NCBI RefSeq assembly: GCF_964204865.1
Contig: NC_135252.1
Coordinates: 19,840,001 to 19,904,000 of the forward strand
DNA length: 64,000 nucleotides
Direction of reading: 5' to 3'
Source of the DNA: Styela clava
Lineage: Eukaryota
The notes under the pieces were generated by a model, which worked only from the letters and a program-made list of their open reading frames with translations, ran no database searches and had not been told where the DNA came from. Shown piece by piece: positions 63,081 through 64,000 of this stretch; the first letter of the stretch is position 1; every line of letters starts with the position of its first letter. The position numbers and the translations under genes are program-made.

Positions 63081-63681
63081 CTGAAAAAATGTTATATTTG
63101 ACTGGCAATATATAAAATTTCATAATAGCTTTGTTCAGCTACATTACTACACACGTTTTCATATACTGACTAGGTATTTTTCCATGGTTTCTGTGAAACC
63201 AAGTCATAGTTGTTGTCAAGGAAAAATTGCTTTTCATCCTAACTAATGGACCAATCGACTTTGAATGTTCAGTAATTCAAAATAAAAAAAATCGCTGAGC
63301 ATTACGTTTTAATTTAGTCTACACCATTTTTTACAAAGTTTGCTTAAATATTATTAGAATCAATATTTAACCCAAAACTAGGTTTTATTACTGTTTTTAC
63401 TATTAAACCCACCAGAGCATTTTAAACGTATAGAAACATTTTATTCCTCCACTTTTGTCAGTCAAACGACTGAGCTTAGACATAAAGAGTGTTTAGTTGT
63501 TGTTGTTGTTGCTATTTGTATTTACAACTAATAGACGAACCAATTTTGAAATTTTAGTAAGTATGAATGAAGCCTTCAGAAGGCTAATGTTTTGGTATTG
63601 TACAAATGTTCCTTCCTTGAGTCCAATATACCTGTTATTTTGCCCAAATTTTAAATTCGAGCCATTACATAACAATATGTC

Positions 63682-63979
63682 AAACGAGATAGCGATTGGA
63701 AACCGCCGACTTATCGATCTAGAGGTGTCTCCTCTCTTCTGACTCCACAGCGACACCGCGTGTCCCATCAATAAATATTTATTAATTCGCTAATTATAAG
63801 ACCAAATTTATCCAATCAATAGCCTCCTGGTCTCCAAGATATGATGAATGTACACGCAAAATTTGGAGCAGATTCAACCTCGCTCCCGTAAGATATCGCG
63901 TAACATACGAAAGTGTCTAACAGACAAACAGACAGACAAATACCTATCAACATACTTACCAATCGAGATTGATAAGTAA
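63682..63979. mobile_element. Helentron/HINE-like element, copy 5 (probably within an HSP70 intron)
   Basis: Same family sequence and termini. Confidence 0.65.
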
Positions 63980-64000
63980 CTAGTCGCCTTCTTTTTGACA

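Overview
AT-rich eukaryotic genomic DNA with spliceosomal GT-AG genes, inferred to be an ascidian (probably stolidobranch, Styela-like) from styelin-type peptide architecture and a spliced-leader-like motif. Gene models were assembled by hand. (1) Three intact 4-coding-exon genes encode secreted signal/cationic/anionic prepropeptides, i.e. antimicrobial-peptide-like precursors (minus 6494-8715, minus 12151-14049, plus 32800-34427). All have intron phases 2,0,1, and a truncated fourth copy lies between the first two. (2) A full-length, apparently intact L1/Tx1-group non-LTR retrotransposon (about 19832-25053) carries, inside its 15-bp target-site duplication, a 5' composite of U4 snRNA nt ~2-45, 43 nt of unknown origin and a 23-nt spliced-leader-like sequence. 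(3) Two convergent paralogous single-pass receptors have a variant CUB ectodomain and long tyrosine-motif-rich tails; one has a disrupted 5' end. (4) An intronless aminoacylase-1 homologue lacks both ligands specific to its second zinc site. (5) The 3' part of a divergent, intron-rich HSP70 lacks EEVD. The intergenic DNA holds hAT MITEs, Helentron/HINE-like elements, SINE-like heads, a mariner fragment, minisatellites and a Penelope remnant with a hammerhead ribozyme.
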